From: Malacoraja senta
Taxonomy: Eukaryota
DNA: 64,000 bases
Assembly (NCBI GenBank): GCA_038087875.1
Contig: CM075991.1
Span: 10,914,001-10,978,000 of the forward strand
Direction of reading: 5' to 3'
In this document: piece after piece, positions 51,095-64,000 of the stretch
Numbering within the stretch: the first letter of the stretch is position 1
Layout: every line of letters begins with the position of its first letter
Notes under the pieces: model-generated
What the model was told of the DNA's origin: nothing
Seen by the model: the letters and a program-made list of their open reading frames with translations, nothing else
Databases searched by the model: none
Program-made: the position numbers and the translations under genes

Positions 51095-51212
51095 TGATGT
51101 GATGGACTGTCCCCGTACACCAGAAGACTGGAAGAGAGTGGCACTGGGCTTTGACAAAAGATGGAACTTTAAGCACACATGTGGGGCAGTGGATGGTAAG
51201 CATGCCATTCAT
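51095..51212 (+). pseudogene. Harbinger DDE transposase fragment
   Basis: MDCPRTPEDWKRVALGFDKRWNFKHTCGAVDGKH contains the first catalytic Asp motif of PIF/Harbinger transposases. Confidence 0.8.
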
Positions 51213-51566
51213 GTCCCTGTCCCTGTACCCCTCATTTTCCTTTTCGTACAGGATGGCATTCTGCTGGAACCATTCCTCAAGGTCCCCCTCCTGCTGCCTG
51301 GTGAAGGTGTAGGGCATAACCTTCCGCCAGCCCCCCCTCACCACCAATGGGGCATCTGCCTCTGATGCTGTGTCAGACACAGGAGAAAGGGCTGCTTTGC
51401 TGCCTTCAAATGAGGCAGTGAAGGATGGGGTGGTGGTGGGGACATATACTACCACCCTGCTCTCCTCCTCCAGGGGTCTCTCATGCAGGGCTACCTCCTC
51501 CTGCACTATCACCTCCTGTGGCATCACCTCCTGCCACTCCTCCTCCTGGGTGGGCAACACCTGCAT
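51213..51566 (-). pseudogene. Harbinger accessory Myb/SANT(MADF)-like protein fragment
   Basis: YTFTRQQEGDLEEWFQQNAILYEKENEGYRDRD resembles a Myb/SANT N-terminal half; convergent to the transposase. Confidence 0.6.
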
Positions 51567-52414
51567 GGCCAGTTTTTTTTAGGGTTGTGCCCTCCCCCTG
51601 CGCTGCTGCCTTTTTGGTGCCATCTCTAAAACACAAGTCTCCACTCCAAAAAAATCTCCAGCTATGAATGAACATGCCTTGGAGTGATAGAGGTGACGTT
51701 CTGCTGTTGAAATAACCTTTTTTATCTACCGACCCTTTTTTCACCCCGGAGCAATTACCTTCGACTGCCTCCGACCACCTACGACTAGCATCACGACCTA
51801 CTACGACCTACCTACGACCTCCTACAACCTCGTGGCAACCATGCTGCAGGTAAGAGTCAAGTGCAAACTCGGCAGAGGTCGTGAATTAGATCGTGAAAGT
51901 GTGACAGGCCCTTTAACCACGTGATGTCCTGTAGTCGGCTATAACTGAGGTGAAGATTAGCCTCTCCTCCATAAATATGAAAATGTAAGTTTCAGCTCAC
52001 TTAACCAGCTCTCCCCGCGGCACCTCAGGCATAGTTCGACTGACAACTTGTAATGAGAGAGGCTTTTCAATTATTTATGTGATTTATACTTATGCCATGG
52101 AATGCATTAAAAGAGACTGCAAGTACAGTACGGATCACAGCGGGAATAAATTTGAGAAAGGGACTTGGAGGATGGAATGGAACTGCAGGGAAATTTGTAG
52201 CCTCCAGCTGGGTTTGAAAGGTAATTTGATGAGAGTTCCAATGTTAGTAAGCCAGAAATTTGCACAGGAGGCTTTGTAACTTGAAGAAATTCCCAGCCCG
52301 TGGGTGGAAGTTGACAAATTGCCTCAGAAGATTGCAGAGACGTGTACATAGAGTCATACAGCGTGGAAACAGGCACTTTGGCCCAGCGTGTCCTATCTAC
52401 ACTAGTCCCACACT

Positions 52415-52730
52415 AGGGAGGCACAGTGGCACAGCGGTAGAGTTGTTGTCTTACAGCGCCAGAGACACGGTTTCGATCCTGACTACGGGCGCTGTCTGTA
52501 CGGGTGGAGTTTGTACGTTCTCCCTGTGACCTGCGCGGGTTTTCTCCGGGATCTCCAGTTTCCTCCCACATTCCAGAGCCGGACAGGTTCATCGGCTAAT
52601 TGGCTTGATATATTTGTAAATTGTCCCTAGTGTGTGTAGGATAGCATTAGTGTGCGGAGGATCGCTGGTCGGCATGGACTCGTTGGGCCAAAGGGACTGT
52701 TTCTTCGCTGTATCTCTAAACTAAACTAAC
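52415..52730 (+). mobile_element. tRNA-derived V-SINE (HE1-like)
   Basis: A/B boxes, core and (CTAAA)n tail. Confidence 0.8.
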
Positions 52731-52815
52731 TGTCTAGACATGAACATTTTAAAAAATGGTGTCTATCTTCTGTGTAAACTATCATCTGCAGTTCCTTCCT
52801 ACACAGTTACACGTG

Positions 52816-53142
52816 AATCAGTACCCCGTTCCTGCTTTCTCCTCATATCCCTTGATTCCGTTAGCCCCAAGAGCTAAATCTGTCTTGAATACGTCCAGTG
52901 AATTGGCCTCCACTGCCTTCTGTGGCAGAGAATTCCACCGATTCACAACTCTCTGGGTGAAAAAGTTTTTCCTCATCTCAGTCCTAAATGGCCTACCCCT
53001 TATTTTTAAACTGTGATCCCTGGTTCTGGACGCCCCCAACATCGGAAACATTTTTCCTGCATCTAGCGTGTCTAATCACTTAATAATTTTACATGTTTCT
53101 ATAAAATTCCCTCTCATCCTTCTAAATTCCAGTGAATATAAG
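52816..53142 (-). mobile_element. CR1 LINE 3' fragment
   Basis: ORF 52818-53051 is the CR1 C-terminus. Confidence 0.85.
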
Positions 53143-54309
53143 GAGGTACATGGGGGTCCCTGTCCGAGTATCCTGGCTTCAGAAACTTTGCTTATACAGA
53201 CAGATATCACCAGTCATTTACCATCACTTGGCCCTGGAACTCTCCTAACTTCCATGTATGTTTCTTCATCACATGGACTGCATTGGTATAAGATAGTGAC
53301 TCACCACCACAATGGCAAGGACAGTGAGAGGTGGTAATTAAATATTCACCTTGACCACAATACCAACATCCCATGAAAGAAGCAGAAAGAAAAACTTTCC
53401 TTGGACTGTGACTGCCATCAAGGACGCTGCAGCTCGATGATTCACTATTACTACGTTTTCTTGCGGTTTCTATTCTTTCTTTGAGTTCAGAGCAATCTAT
53501 AATTCCCTGTATTGCCAACCTTTCCACTAGCTGCCGATCAATTTGTCACCCGGGTGCAACAAGGTTTGCTCTGCAGAATTCAGAGCAGTCCTAATCCTCC
53601 CAAATCTTTTCCTTCTCCCTCTGCTGTGCTCAGAACAATCTCAGAACAATTAAATCCCGTTGGGTCGCCGCCTCTCGGCGTTCGAGACATTGGTTCAAAC
53701 CTGACCTTCGGTGCTGCCTGTGTAGAGTTTGCACGCTCTCTCTAACAACGATGTGGGTGGTCCGGTTTCCTCCCACATTCCAAAGACGTGCCTATTTGTA
53801 GGTTAATTGGCTTCTGTAAATTGCCCCTACTGCATAGGATAGAACTAGTGTATGGCGGATCGCTGGTTGGTGTGGACTCATTGGGCCAAAGGGCCTGCTT
53901 TACGCTGCATCTCTAAACTAAACTTCGCACAGGAACAGGCCCTTTGGCCCACAATGTCCATGTTGGACATGATGCCAAGCAAAACTAATTTCCTTTCCCT
54001 GCCCGTGATCCATATCTGTCCATTCTCTGCGTATCCATGCATCTATACGAAAGGCTCTTAAACACCACCATCATATCAGTCTCCACCAGTACCTCTGGCA
54101 ATGCAGTTCTCTGGGGTAGAATGTCCCAAATACTCGCGGCCCTCTGAGGGAAAAAACTCCTCTTCTTCTCCCTCTGCAATGGGCAACCACTTGTCCTGTA
54201 TCCTTCCCTCCTAGTCTTAGGAAGCCACATCAGCAAAGCCATCCTCTCTGCTGTATTTTCTTTCCATGCCATCACCTGCTTCTACTATTTCTGAGATGGG
54301 TGAATTCTT

Positions 54310-54460
54310 GGAAATAGGCAACGTTTCGGGCCGAAACCAAGGGTTTCGGCCCGAAACGTTGCCTATTTCCTTCGCTCCATAGATGCTGCTGCACCCGCTG
54401 AGTTTCTCCAGCAATTTTGTCTACCTTCGATTTTCCAGCATCTGCAGTTCCTTCTTAAAC
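54310..54460. mobile_element. Penelope-type repeat with a short inverted 5' segment and 14-bp TSD
   Basis: ATGGGTGAATTCTT at 54296-54309 and 54461-54474. Confidence 0.75.
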
Positions 54461-55209
54461 ATGGGTGAATTCTTCCTAGTCCAGCATCCGCTATAAACTG
54501 CAAATATACAGTTACATTAAACAATCCACCTGACATAATCAACAAGGAAGAAAATTCCTCCCACATGGTCTGAATGGAAGTTTGAAAACAAGACGTTCTT
54601 TTCTTGTAATAACAAGGAACTGCAGATGCTGGTCTACACCAAAGATGGACACAAAGTGCGGGAGTAACTCTGCGGGTCAGGCAGCATCTTAGGAGAACAT
54701 TCACAGATTTCCGCAGAAGGGTTTCGACCTGAAACGTCCCCTGTCCAGTTTCTCCCGGGATGCGGTATCACATAGTGCTGGAGTAACTGAGCAGGTCAGG
54801 CAGCATCACCGGCGAACGTGGATAGGTTACGTTTCGGGTCAGGACCCTTCTTCAGACGATCACCTGTGTAGTGCTGGTTCCCTGTCCTTCCAGTGGCTTG
54901 GAGCTTCCCAACTTCTCATTGAAACATGTCAGTACTCCAAGTTCATAGGTAATGGAGGCCTTCTTAAATATGTGCATATCGTCCACACATGGTGATTGAA
55001 GCCAGATTCATTACTGTTTAGATACAAGGTCATACACATCACTGTAGTCACCCAGCAATGACAGATGAACAGAGTGATACATTTGTATTTACTGCCAAAT
55101 GGTCCTTGTGTCAGATAACTGATCTGATTCACTCTGACAAATTGCTTCTGTGTTGGTTCAAGTCTCCTTCCGTGTTATCTCATTTAATCTCAATGCCTCG
55201 TGCCCTTAC

Positions 55210-55359
55210 ACCGGTCCTGGGCCTCATCAAACGTTGATTTGTCTTGTGCAGCAGACAGCACTTTCAACAGCTGTGTGGCTGATAGACCACTCGAGTCCAC
55301 AAGATGACTCGCGTTAAATCTCAATTTCACCGAATCAAATAAATGGCCTGCCCAGTTAC
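55210..55359 (-). CDS. Possible internal exon of an unidentified gene (NWAGHLFDSVKLRFNASHLVDSSGLSATQLLKVLSAAQDKSTFDEAQDR)
   Basis: Non-repeat sequence; acceptor CTGCATCCTCCAG, donor GTAAGG, 150 nt, open frame; no homology recognised. Confidence 0.2.
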
Positions 55360-57279
55360 CTGGAGGATGCAGGCAGACATTTTCAGTCGACACCATGTGC
55401 ATTTATCAGATTTCCCTTCATGGCTGAACGGCACCAATTGAGGAACAGAAAGACTACAGTAGCTGAACCTCAGAGGGAATCGCTGAGAGGTATCTCCAAA
55501 CTTAAATCTGCGCCAACTGATATTTGATAAACATACTTGGCGAATAAAGTGTGATTCTATTGATCACCTTTACACTAGATGTATGTTATCCCACTTTTGC
55601 ATCCTACATGCTCAGGGCAACCTACCTAGCCAGTTAATCTACAACCTACACGTCTTTGGGATGTGGGAGGAGAGCAGGAGGAAACCCATGTGGCTACATG
55701 GAGAACATACAAGCAGCACCTGTACTCAGGGTCAAACAGGTCTCTGGCGCTGTGAGGCAGCAACTCTACTGCTGTACCACTGTGCCGCACAAACAATCTA
55801 CATAGATGCAGACAATCAATCCTGCATTTCACAGTACCTGGCTTTGTACAAGTGACACATCTTTGCAACCCTGGCCATGGACTGTCACACCACCGGTCAA
55901 GGGACTGTCAAGGTCAAAACAGAAAATGCTGGAAAAACTCAGCAGGTCAGACAGCTTCTGTGGAAAGAGAACAGTTAATGTTTCAAGTTGAAGATATAAA
56001 ATATTGACTGTTTTTAAAGGCAGCGCAGCGGTAGAGCTGCTGCCTCACAGCACCAGAGACCTGGGTTCGATCCTGACTGTGGGTGCTGCCTGTGCGGAGT
56101 TTGTACGTTCTCCCTGTGACTTGCGTGGGTTTTCACCAGGTGCTCCGCTTTCCACCCACATCAAAGACATGCAGGTTTGTAGGTTAATTGGCTTCTGTAA
56201 ATGCCGTCAATGCGTAGGGTGCAAAAAGTGGGATAACATGGAACTAATGTGAACGATGCTCGACCTGGACTCAGTGGGCCGAAGGGCCCGTTTACACGCT
56301 GCATCTCTAAACTAAACTGCTTTTCGTTCCACAGACCTGGTGAGTTTTTCAACAGTTTCTGTTTCTTAGTCAGTTCCCTAATACATTGGATCATAAGCTT
56401 TTCACTGCAAGACATAAACTAAGCAAAATTAAATAAGCATCAGCAAATGCAAGTATATTCTGTACAATGACTGCAACAGCATTACACCTTGATGAATAAC
56501 TATTCCAGATGCTGTAGAATGCAAGATTTTTTTGCAAGATAAAATATTGTAACCATAATATGAAGAAGCCAAGTAGAATCCTGGAGCCAATCGCAATACG
56601 TGCTCACATTTATCTGATTGGCCTGATGGCAAAAATTTGCTAAATAATATGACCAAATAGTTCTGTCTGTATTATTTTAAATTTCTTTGTTACTTTTCAA
56701 AGAAAAATGTAACAAAGTAACAAGATCTTCAAAGCACAGGGGGGAGCAAATGGGGAGTTTAACATGCAACTGGAGAAGGATGTACATTGCCTTTGACGTC
56801 AATGAAATGGACAACTGCCCCGTGCATGAACCTAGTGTGAGCACCAACTGGACAGTGAAGTCTTAAATGTTCACCCACAACACACGATTACAATGGAGCC
56901 ATCCACAGTGTACAGATACATGATAAAGGGAATAGTGTGAATAACGATTCGTGCAAAATAATGTCCGATCAAAGACAGTCCGAGGGTCTCCAGTGAGATA
57001 GATATTAGCTCAGGACCACTCTCCTAGCTGTTGGCATGATGGTTCAGTTGCCTGATAACAGCTGGGAAGAAACTGTCCCTGAATCTGGAGGTTCCTAGCC
57101 TAGTGCCCAATGATCATTCTCCATTTGGATTGATCACTGCCTGAAATTCAATTAGGGATTCCAGTCTGAAGAAGGGTCTCGACCCGAAACACACCTCTAC
57201 CGTTGCACCACTTTCCTCAAAACATTTCTAGTATGTTCAGCGCATAGCCTTGCCCAAACTAACTTTGATCCCATTACAC

Positions 57280-57419
57280 TTCTTCTTCCTGCGTATGGCG
57301 TGCACAGCCTAAAGTTGAAGGACAACTTGTTCTATTTGATCTTATTTGATTGTGCACGCCCGGTTGATTGCATTCGTCGAAACAGGGCGGTCCACGTGAA
57401 GGTTGCAATCCCCCACCCC
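57280..57419 (-). mobile_element. HDV-like-ribozyme-headed short retroposon, copy 5
   Basis: TSD ATCCCATTACAC / ATCTCATTACAC. Confidence 0.85.
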
Positions 57420-58353
57420 ATCTCATTACACGCATTTCCCCAACTGATAAATGACCATTCCCAAATAAATTAAGAAAGGAAACAAACTATTTTGTTTTAA
57501 TGCCCTTCTTGATCTTTCTCCTGTGTATCCAATAACAAAGCAAAGATGAAGAATTATCAAATTCTGTGGAGAACTAGACAATCCTGGAAGTTACACAGCA
57601 AATCCTCATACAACCGTTTGATTTATTTTAGCAGCTGATCACAGCCTTTGCCATTTCTGCTGAACTTAGACCTCAAAACAATTAGATGACTGATTAAAAA
57701 GTACAGGTCTTTGAGATTTGATGGGGAGAGAATTAGTCCCACACCTCCAATTCTTCCTCGTTTCTTTTCTCTTTATTACCCTGATTAACCTTGATCAGAA
57801 ACAAAAAAAAACCAACTCGAGTCTGTTCAGCTATCAGTATTGACTAGTCTGAAGCAAAGATCTGGCATAAACGCTATCAGCCTCCATATTGAACCATTAT
57901 TATTGCCTTAGAGCACTGGCCGAGCAATAAATAATGAATTGTGTAACTCCAATCCAAGATCAAAGCAAGAGATTTAACTGGGCAAATAACCTGAGAGGCA
58001 CTAAGAATATAAGCACAAAATGCAAATGAAACAAAGTTTATAAGGAAGGGATTCGAAAGTAGGAAATTAAAGGGGAAATTAAAACGGATAAGAAAACTGA
58101 GAGAATGAAGGGCAATAGTATAAATTCTACACTCAACACTGATGGATGAAGACCAATGTACAGAAAGCCTTCTGGACCACCCTATCTACCTGTAAAGCCA
58201 CTTTCAATGAACTTTGCACCTGCACTCCTGGATGAAGCAGGTAGAATTAAAATAGCAATTGTCTGAATGACAGAAAATGGACAATAGTTGTGAATGAAGC
58301 TGAAAATAACAGGGAAATAATACATTTAGATAACACAGGCAATGACTCAGGTG

Positions 58354-58618
58354 GTACACAAAAATGCTGGAGAAACTCAGCGGGTGCAGCAGCATCTATG
58401 GAGCGAAGGAAATAGGCAACGTTTCGGGCCGAACCCCTTCTTCAGACTGATAGGGGGTGGGGAGAAGAAAGGAAAAAAGGAAAAAAGGTGGAGGAGGAGC
58501 CCGAGGGCTATCAGTCCTCTATCAGTCTGAAGAAGGGTTTCGGCCCGAAACGTTGCCTATTTCCTTCGCTCCATAGATGCTGCTGCACCTGCTGAGTTTC
58601 TCCAGCATTTTTGTGTAC
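58354..58618. mobile_element. Palindromic Penelope-type hammerhead-motif insertion with 14-bp TSD
   Basis: CAATGACTCAGGTG at 58340-58353 and 58619-58632; ~100-bp inverted arms. Confidence 0.8.
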
Positions 58619-58989
58619 CAATGACTCAGGTGTACAGCCATGTATTTCATAAATTCATGTGATAGGCACAGATTTTGGCCATTCAACTCATCAAGTCTGC
58701 TCCGCCATTCAATCATGGATGACCTATCTTTTCCTTTCAACCCCGACACCCGCACTAATCAAGAATCATTGCCCTAAAAAGATCCATTGACTTGGCTTCC
58801 ACAGCCTTCTGTGGCAATTAATTCCACAGATTCACTACCCTCTGGCTAAAGATATTCTTCCTCATCTCCTTCCCAAAGGTACATCCTTTTATTCTGAGGA
58901 TATGTCCTCTGATCCTAAAATGTCTTAAATGTTTTTTTATCATTTTCTGTCATTTGCCCGTTTCATTCTACACGCTTCAATTCTGCCAC

Positions 58990-59128
58990 GGGGGAGGGAG
59001 ATTGCAACCTTCATGTGGTCCGCCCTGTTTCAACAAATGCAATCAATCTGGCATGCAAAATAAAATAAGATCAAATAGAACAAGTTGTCCGACAAGTTTA
59101 AGCTGTGCACGCCATACGCAAGAAAAAT
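58990..59128 (+). mobile_element. HDV-like-ribozyme-headed short retroposon, copy 6 (diverged)
   Basis: TSD AATTCTGCCAC on both sides. Confidence 0.8.
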
Positions 59129-60284
59129 AATTCTGCCACCACATCTTCTCACCGACTTGTGAAACTCCATATAAACAACATAATTCACATTACGCACGTT
59201 ATATCTCCATTATTTCATTGGATAAGGTTAGATAATTTTCTTTCCTGAAGGATGATAGTGAACATTTGTTTTTCTGTTTTATTACAATCCGGTAGTTTCA
59301 CAGTCATCGTTATTGGTGTGAGTTTTAGATTGGTGTGCCAATGTGTTTAATTGCCTGGACTTAAATTCTCCCTTTAAACTTCATTTGATCTTCGTCTCCG
59401 GATAATTGGGCTAAGCCTCTGGGTTCTGAATAACAACTGCTGTGTAAGCATATCAGCAGAGGAAATATTCCAAAGAGCTATTGAAAAATGACTATCACAG
59501 ACTGGTTTATATTAACGATTTGGATGTGAATGTAGAAAGCATGATGAGCAAGTTTGCGGATGGCACTAAAGTGGGCGATATCATAGATAGCAATGTGTAG
59601 AGTTGTGTGTGGAATTCTCTGCCTCGAAAGGGCGGTGGAGGCTGGTTCTCTGGAAAATTTCAAGAGAGAGCTACATAGGGCTCTTAAACATAGCAGAATC
59701 AGGGGATATGGGGAGAAGGCAGGAACGGGGTACTGATTGGGGATGATCAGCCATGATCACATTGAATGGCGGTGCTGGCTCGATGGGCCGAATGACCTAT
59801 TCCTGCACCTATTGTCTATTGTCTATAGGAAGGAACTGCACCTGCTGGTTTAAACCAAAGATAGACCCAAAATGCTGGAGTAACTCAGCGAGGCAGGCAG
59901 CATCTCTGGAGAAAAGGAATGGGTGACGTTTCGGGTCAAGACATCTGAAGAAGGGTCTTGACCCAAAATGTCACCCATTCTTCTCTCCAGAGATACTGCT
60001 TGTCTCACTGAGTTACTCCAGCATCTTGTGTCTATTTCTATGATATAGATAGAAATGGTGGTTATCAGAAATTGCAGCGGGATCTTGATCTGTGGGGCAA
60101 GTGGACTGAGAAATGGTTAATGGCAATAAATAGGAGGTTTTTGTGAAGTCAAACCAAGGTATGACCGTCTGTGAATGGCAGGAGGCTGGGGAGTGTTGTA
60201 GAGCAGAGAGATCCAGGAGTGCAGGCACATAGTTCCTCGAAAGTGGCTTCACTGGTAGATAGGCTGGTCAAGAAGGTTTTCGGT

Positions 60285-60525
60285 ACAATAGACAATAGAC
60301 AATAGGTGCAGGAGTAGGCCATTTGGCCCTTCGAGCCAGCACCGCCATTCAATGTGATCACAGCTGATCATCCCCAATCAGTACCCCGTTCCCGCCTTCT
60401 CCCCATATCCCCTGACTCCGCTATTTTTAAGAGCCCCATCCAGCTCTCTCTTGAAAGCATCCAGAGAACCTGCCTCCATCGCCCTCTGAGGCAGAGAATT
60501 CCACAGACTCACCACTCTCTGTGAG
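60285..60525 (-). mobile_element. CR1 LINE 3' fragment nested in older CR1 sequence
   Basis: (ACAATAG)n tail and SQRVVSLWNSLP motif. Confidence 0.8.
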
Positions 60526-63279
60526 GTACATTGGCCCTCATTAGTCAGGGTGTTGAGTATAGAAGTTAGGATGCTATGCCACATGCTGGAAAGAGTGCAG
60601 AGAATATGTCAACCTCCATACTCGGGTTGCACTGTTGGGACAATGTCAAGCATTTTCTGTGATTTGCCTTGGATACGCTTCTGGATCTCTGTTGCAGCCA
60701 TGCCAACAAAGACAAGGGGGGCGAGCAATCCATCACTTCCACCGAGTTGGTGTTGGGGAGGTTTAGGTCCGATGATGAGCTGCTCTCTGCAGAATTCAAA
60801 TCAATAGCAGGACCTTTTAATTTGAATAAAGCAAAATCATTCCTGGGCCGAAAGCCAAATAGGGAGCTTGGCAACCTTTAATAAATAAGATAGATACAAA
60901 ATGCTGGGGTAACTCAGTGGGACAGGCAGCATCTCTGGATAGATGGAATGGGTGACGTTTCAAGTCGAGACCCTTCTTCAGACTGACCCTTCTTCACAAG
61001 TTCACGTTGCACGAGTAGAATTAGGCCATTCGGCCCATCGAGTCTACTCCACCATTCAATCATGAATGATCTCTGCCTCCTAATCCCATTTTCCTTCCCT
61101 CTAACCCGATCTAATCAAGAATTTGTCTATATCTGCCTTAAAAATATCCACTGACTTGGCCTCCACAGCACCACTATGGCAATGAGTTCTACAGATTAAC
61201 TACCATCTGACTAAAGAAGTTCCTCCTCACCTCTTTTCTAAAAGAGCACCCTTTAATTCTGAGGCTATGACCTTCTTCAGCTTTAACAAATGTTGTAAAG
61301 AAGTGAACTACTTTTTAACTCCATCAGATCCAGGCAACTCCTGAGTCACAAAAATGTCCCAGCTTGTCACAAGCCCCTGGCATGATGAACACGGCATCTG
61401 CATGTGTGAATGCCACCCTATCAGCACTCAAATAGCTGAATAATAGTCAGGTCAAAACAGCCTGTTTGACTGCTACACCATCCATTACCATAGCCGTTCT
61501 GGCAAGCTGTATTAACCCACAGTATGTCCTACAGCTATTCCCGATATACCTCTATCTCTTCCCTTTCTAACATAGAGTCACAGACATACAGCATGGAAAC
61601 AGGCCCGTCAGCCCAACTTGCCCATGCTGACCAAAATGTCCCATCTACACTAGTCCCACCCGCCCGCTTTTGACTCGTATCCTCTAAACCTATCCTATCC
61701 ATGTATCTATCCAAATGTCTTTTAAATATTGTCATAGTTATGCATTCTTATTATCTCCAAATTATATATTACTGATATGATGTTTTGTTTCATTTTACTT
61801 ATATATTTGTAATTTGCTTGTTTTAACTGTAAGGTGTCCTTGAGTGTCCTAAAAGGCGCCCATAAATAAAATGCAATATTATTATTATTATTATAGTACC
61901 TGCCTCAACTATCCCCTCTGGCAGCTGGTTCCATACACCCCATCACCCTCTGGGTGGAAAAAGTTGCCCCTCAGGTTCCTATTAAATCTTTCACCACTCA
62001 TCTTAAACCTTTGTCCTCTGGTTCTTGATTTCCCCCCACTCTGGGTAAAAGACTCCATGCATTCACCCCATCTACTCCCCTCAACATCTTAAACCTCTAA
62101 GATCACCCCTCATTCTCCTGGGCTCCAAGAAATAAAGTCCTAGCCTGTGCAACCACTCCCTATAGCTCAGGCCCTCAAGTACTGAAAACCATCCTCAATG
62201 GATATTTTAAAGGCAGAGATAGACAAATTCTTGATCAGAAGCGGTGTCAAATGTTATGGGGAGAAGGCAGGAAAATAGGATTAGGAGGCAGAGATCAGCC
62301 AAGATTGAATGGCAGAGTAGATACAATGGGACGAAAGGACTGATTCTACTCCTATAACGTGAAGTTGTGAACTTGTGAATAGAGGGCGTAAGAGTAGAAC
62401 AACAACAAAGACTACTTCCAAGTGTTTAAAAGTTGTAAGACATTGATACAGCTTTGCTCTGAAAAATACACAATCATTCATGTGATAGGAGCAGAATTAG
62501 GCCATTCGGCCCAAGTCTACTCCTCCATCCAATCGTGGCCAATCTATTTCTTCCTCCTAACCCCATTTTCCTGCCTTCTCCCCATAACCTCTGACATCCG
62601 TACTAATCAAGAATCTATCTATCTCTGCCTTAAAAATATCCGCTGCCTTGGCCTCCACAGCCTTCTGCGGCAAAGAATTCCACAGATTCACCACCCATGC
62701 AAAAGGAACAGAACCTGAATTTAAATAATGCCATCACAATCTCAAAATATTTTTGAGCTCAAAGCATTTTGAAAGTGTAGTCATTGTTGTAACATAAGCT
62801 TTTCACTGCACCTCGGCATACAGGACAATAAACTAAACTGTCGACAACTCTATGGCAGACAGTTGGTGAACAATATGCTGATACATGTGTAGGAAGAAAC
62901 AGAAGAAGTCAGTCAGACTTTCAGTCTGAAGAATGGTCTCGACCCAAAACGTCATCCATTCCTTCTCTCCAGTGATGCTGCCTGACCCGTTGAGTTACCC
63001 CAGCATTTCGTGTCGATCTTCAGTGTGCTGATACAGTCGGTTTTGTTGGTGTGGTGAGAGATGGGTTTTGGCCAGGACACCAGAGATTGCTCAATAATAG
63101 CCATTCCTCCTCTCTTGAAATTAAAACCCAGCTGCCAGTGTCCTCTATACCGCAGGGGAAGTTAAAGGGATAGTGAAAGGGATAAGACTTCTTCAAAATG
63201 ATTAGGGATTTTGATGGGATGGATTAACAGGTGGTGACTAACCAGAGATAGACACAAGAGACTGCAGATGCTGGAATCT

Positions 63280-63830
63280 TAGAGTCAGAGTCATTGAGTG
63301 ATACAGTGTGGAAACAGGGCCTTCGGCCCAACTCGCCCACACCGGCCAACAATGTCCCAGCTACCCTAGTCTCACTTGCCTGTGCTTGGTCCATAACCCT
63401 CCAAAGCTGTCCTATCCATGTACCTGTCCAACTGTTTCTTAAATGGTGGGATAGTCCCAGCCTCAACTATCCCCTCTGGCAGCTTGTTCCGTACACCCAC
63501 CACCCTCTGTGTGAAAAAGTTACCCCTCGGATTCCTATTAAATCTTTTCCCCTTCACCTTGAACCTATGTCCTCTGGTCCTCGATTCCCCTACTCTGGGT
63601 AAAAGACTCAGTGCATCTACCCGATCTAATCCTCTCATGATTTTGTATACCTCTATAAAATCTCCCCTCATCCTCCTACGCTCCATGGAATAGAGACCCT
63701 CTCCCTATAGCTCACACCCTCTAGTCCTGGCACCATCCTCGTAATTTTTTTCTGAACCCTTTCAAGCTTGACAATATCTTTCCTATAACATGGTGCCCAG
63801 AACTGAACACAATATTCTAAATGTGGTGCA
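63280..63830 (-). mobile_element. CR1 LINE 3' fragment (second subfamily)
   Basis: ORF 63372-63686 has MERRRMRGDFIEVYKI...SRTRGHRFKV...FFTQRVV. Confidence 0.88.
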
Positions 63831-64000
63831 AAAATACAAGGAGTGTCCCACCCCTAAACCTCCTCCCTCCATTTCCTTCCACAGATGCTGCATGGCAGGT
63901 TGAGTTCTTCCGGCACAACTAAGCTTGAGGAGACAAGGATGTTATGAGGATGTTGCCAGGACTCGAGCTACAGGAGGAGGTTGAGCATTCCTTGACTTTA

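Larger units (their letters stand above)
50352..51912. mobile_element. Internally deleted PIF/Harbinger transposon
   Basis: TTA TSDs; TIRs AGCCCCTGCCCCAGTTTCACGACCTAATTC / GAATTAGATCGTGAAAGTGTGACAGGCCCT; transposase and Myb/SANT-like remnants inside. Confidence 0.85.

Overview
Repeat-rich vertebrate genomic DNA. The repeat content (HE1/V-type tRNA SINEs, CR1/HER1-type LINE tails) points to a cartilaginous fish, probably a skate or ray (inference). The only recognisable host gene piece is a TSPAN15-like first coding exon on the minus strand (2509-2601) in a GC-rich promoter region. The rest is intronic/intergenic and dominated by mobile DNA: an intact full-length L1 (35450-42087) flanked by a 349-bp direct duplication, a Rex1 LINE split by a Harbinger MITE, several PIF/Harbinger derivatives, a Hero-clade 3' end, many CR1 fragments and SINEs, and dozens of Penelope-type repeats with hammerhead-core motifs. 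The most striking signal is a ~140-bp TSD-flanked retroposon, present six times, whose first 54 nt fold as a compact HDV/CPEB3-like ribozyme; every copy starts at the predicted cleavage-site G. All calls were made by eye, so repeat boundaries are approximate and only representative SINE/CR1 copies are listed.
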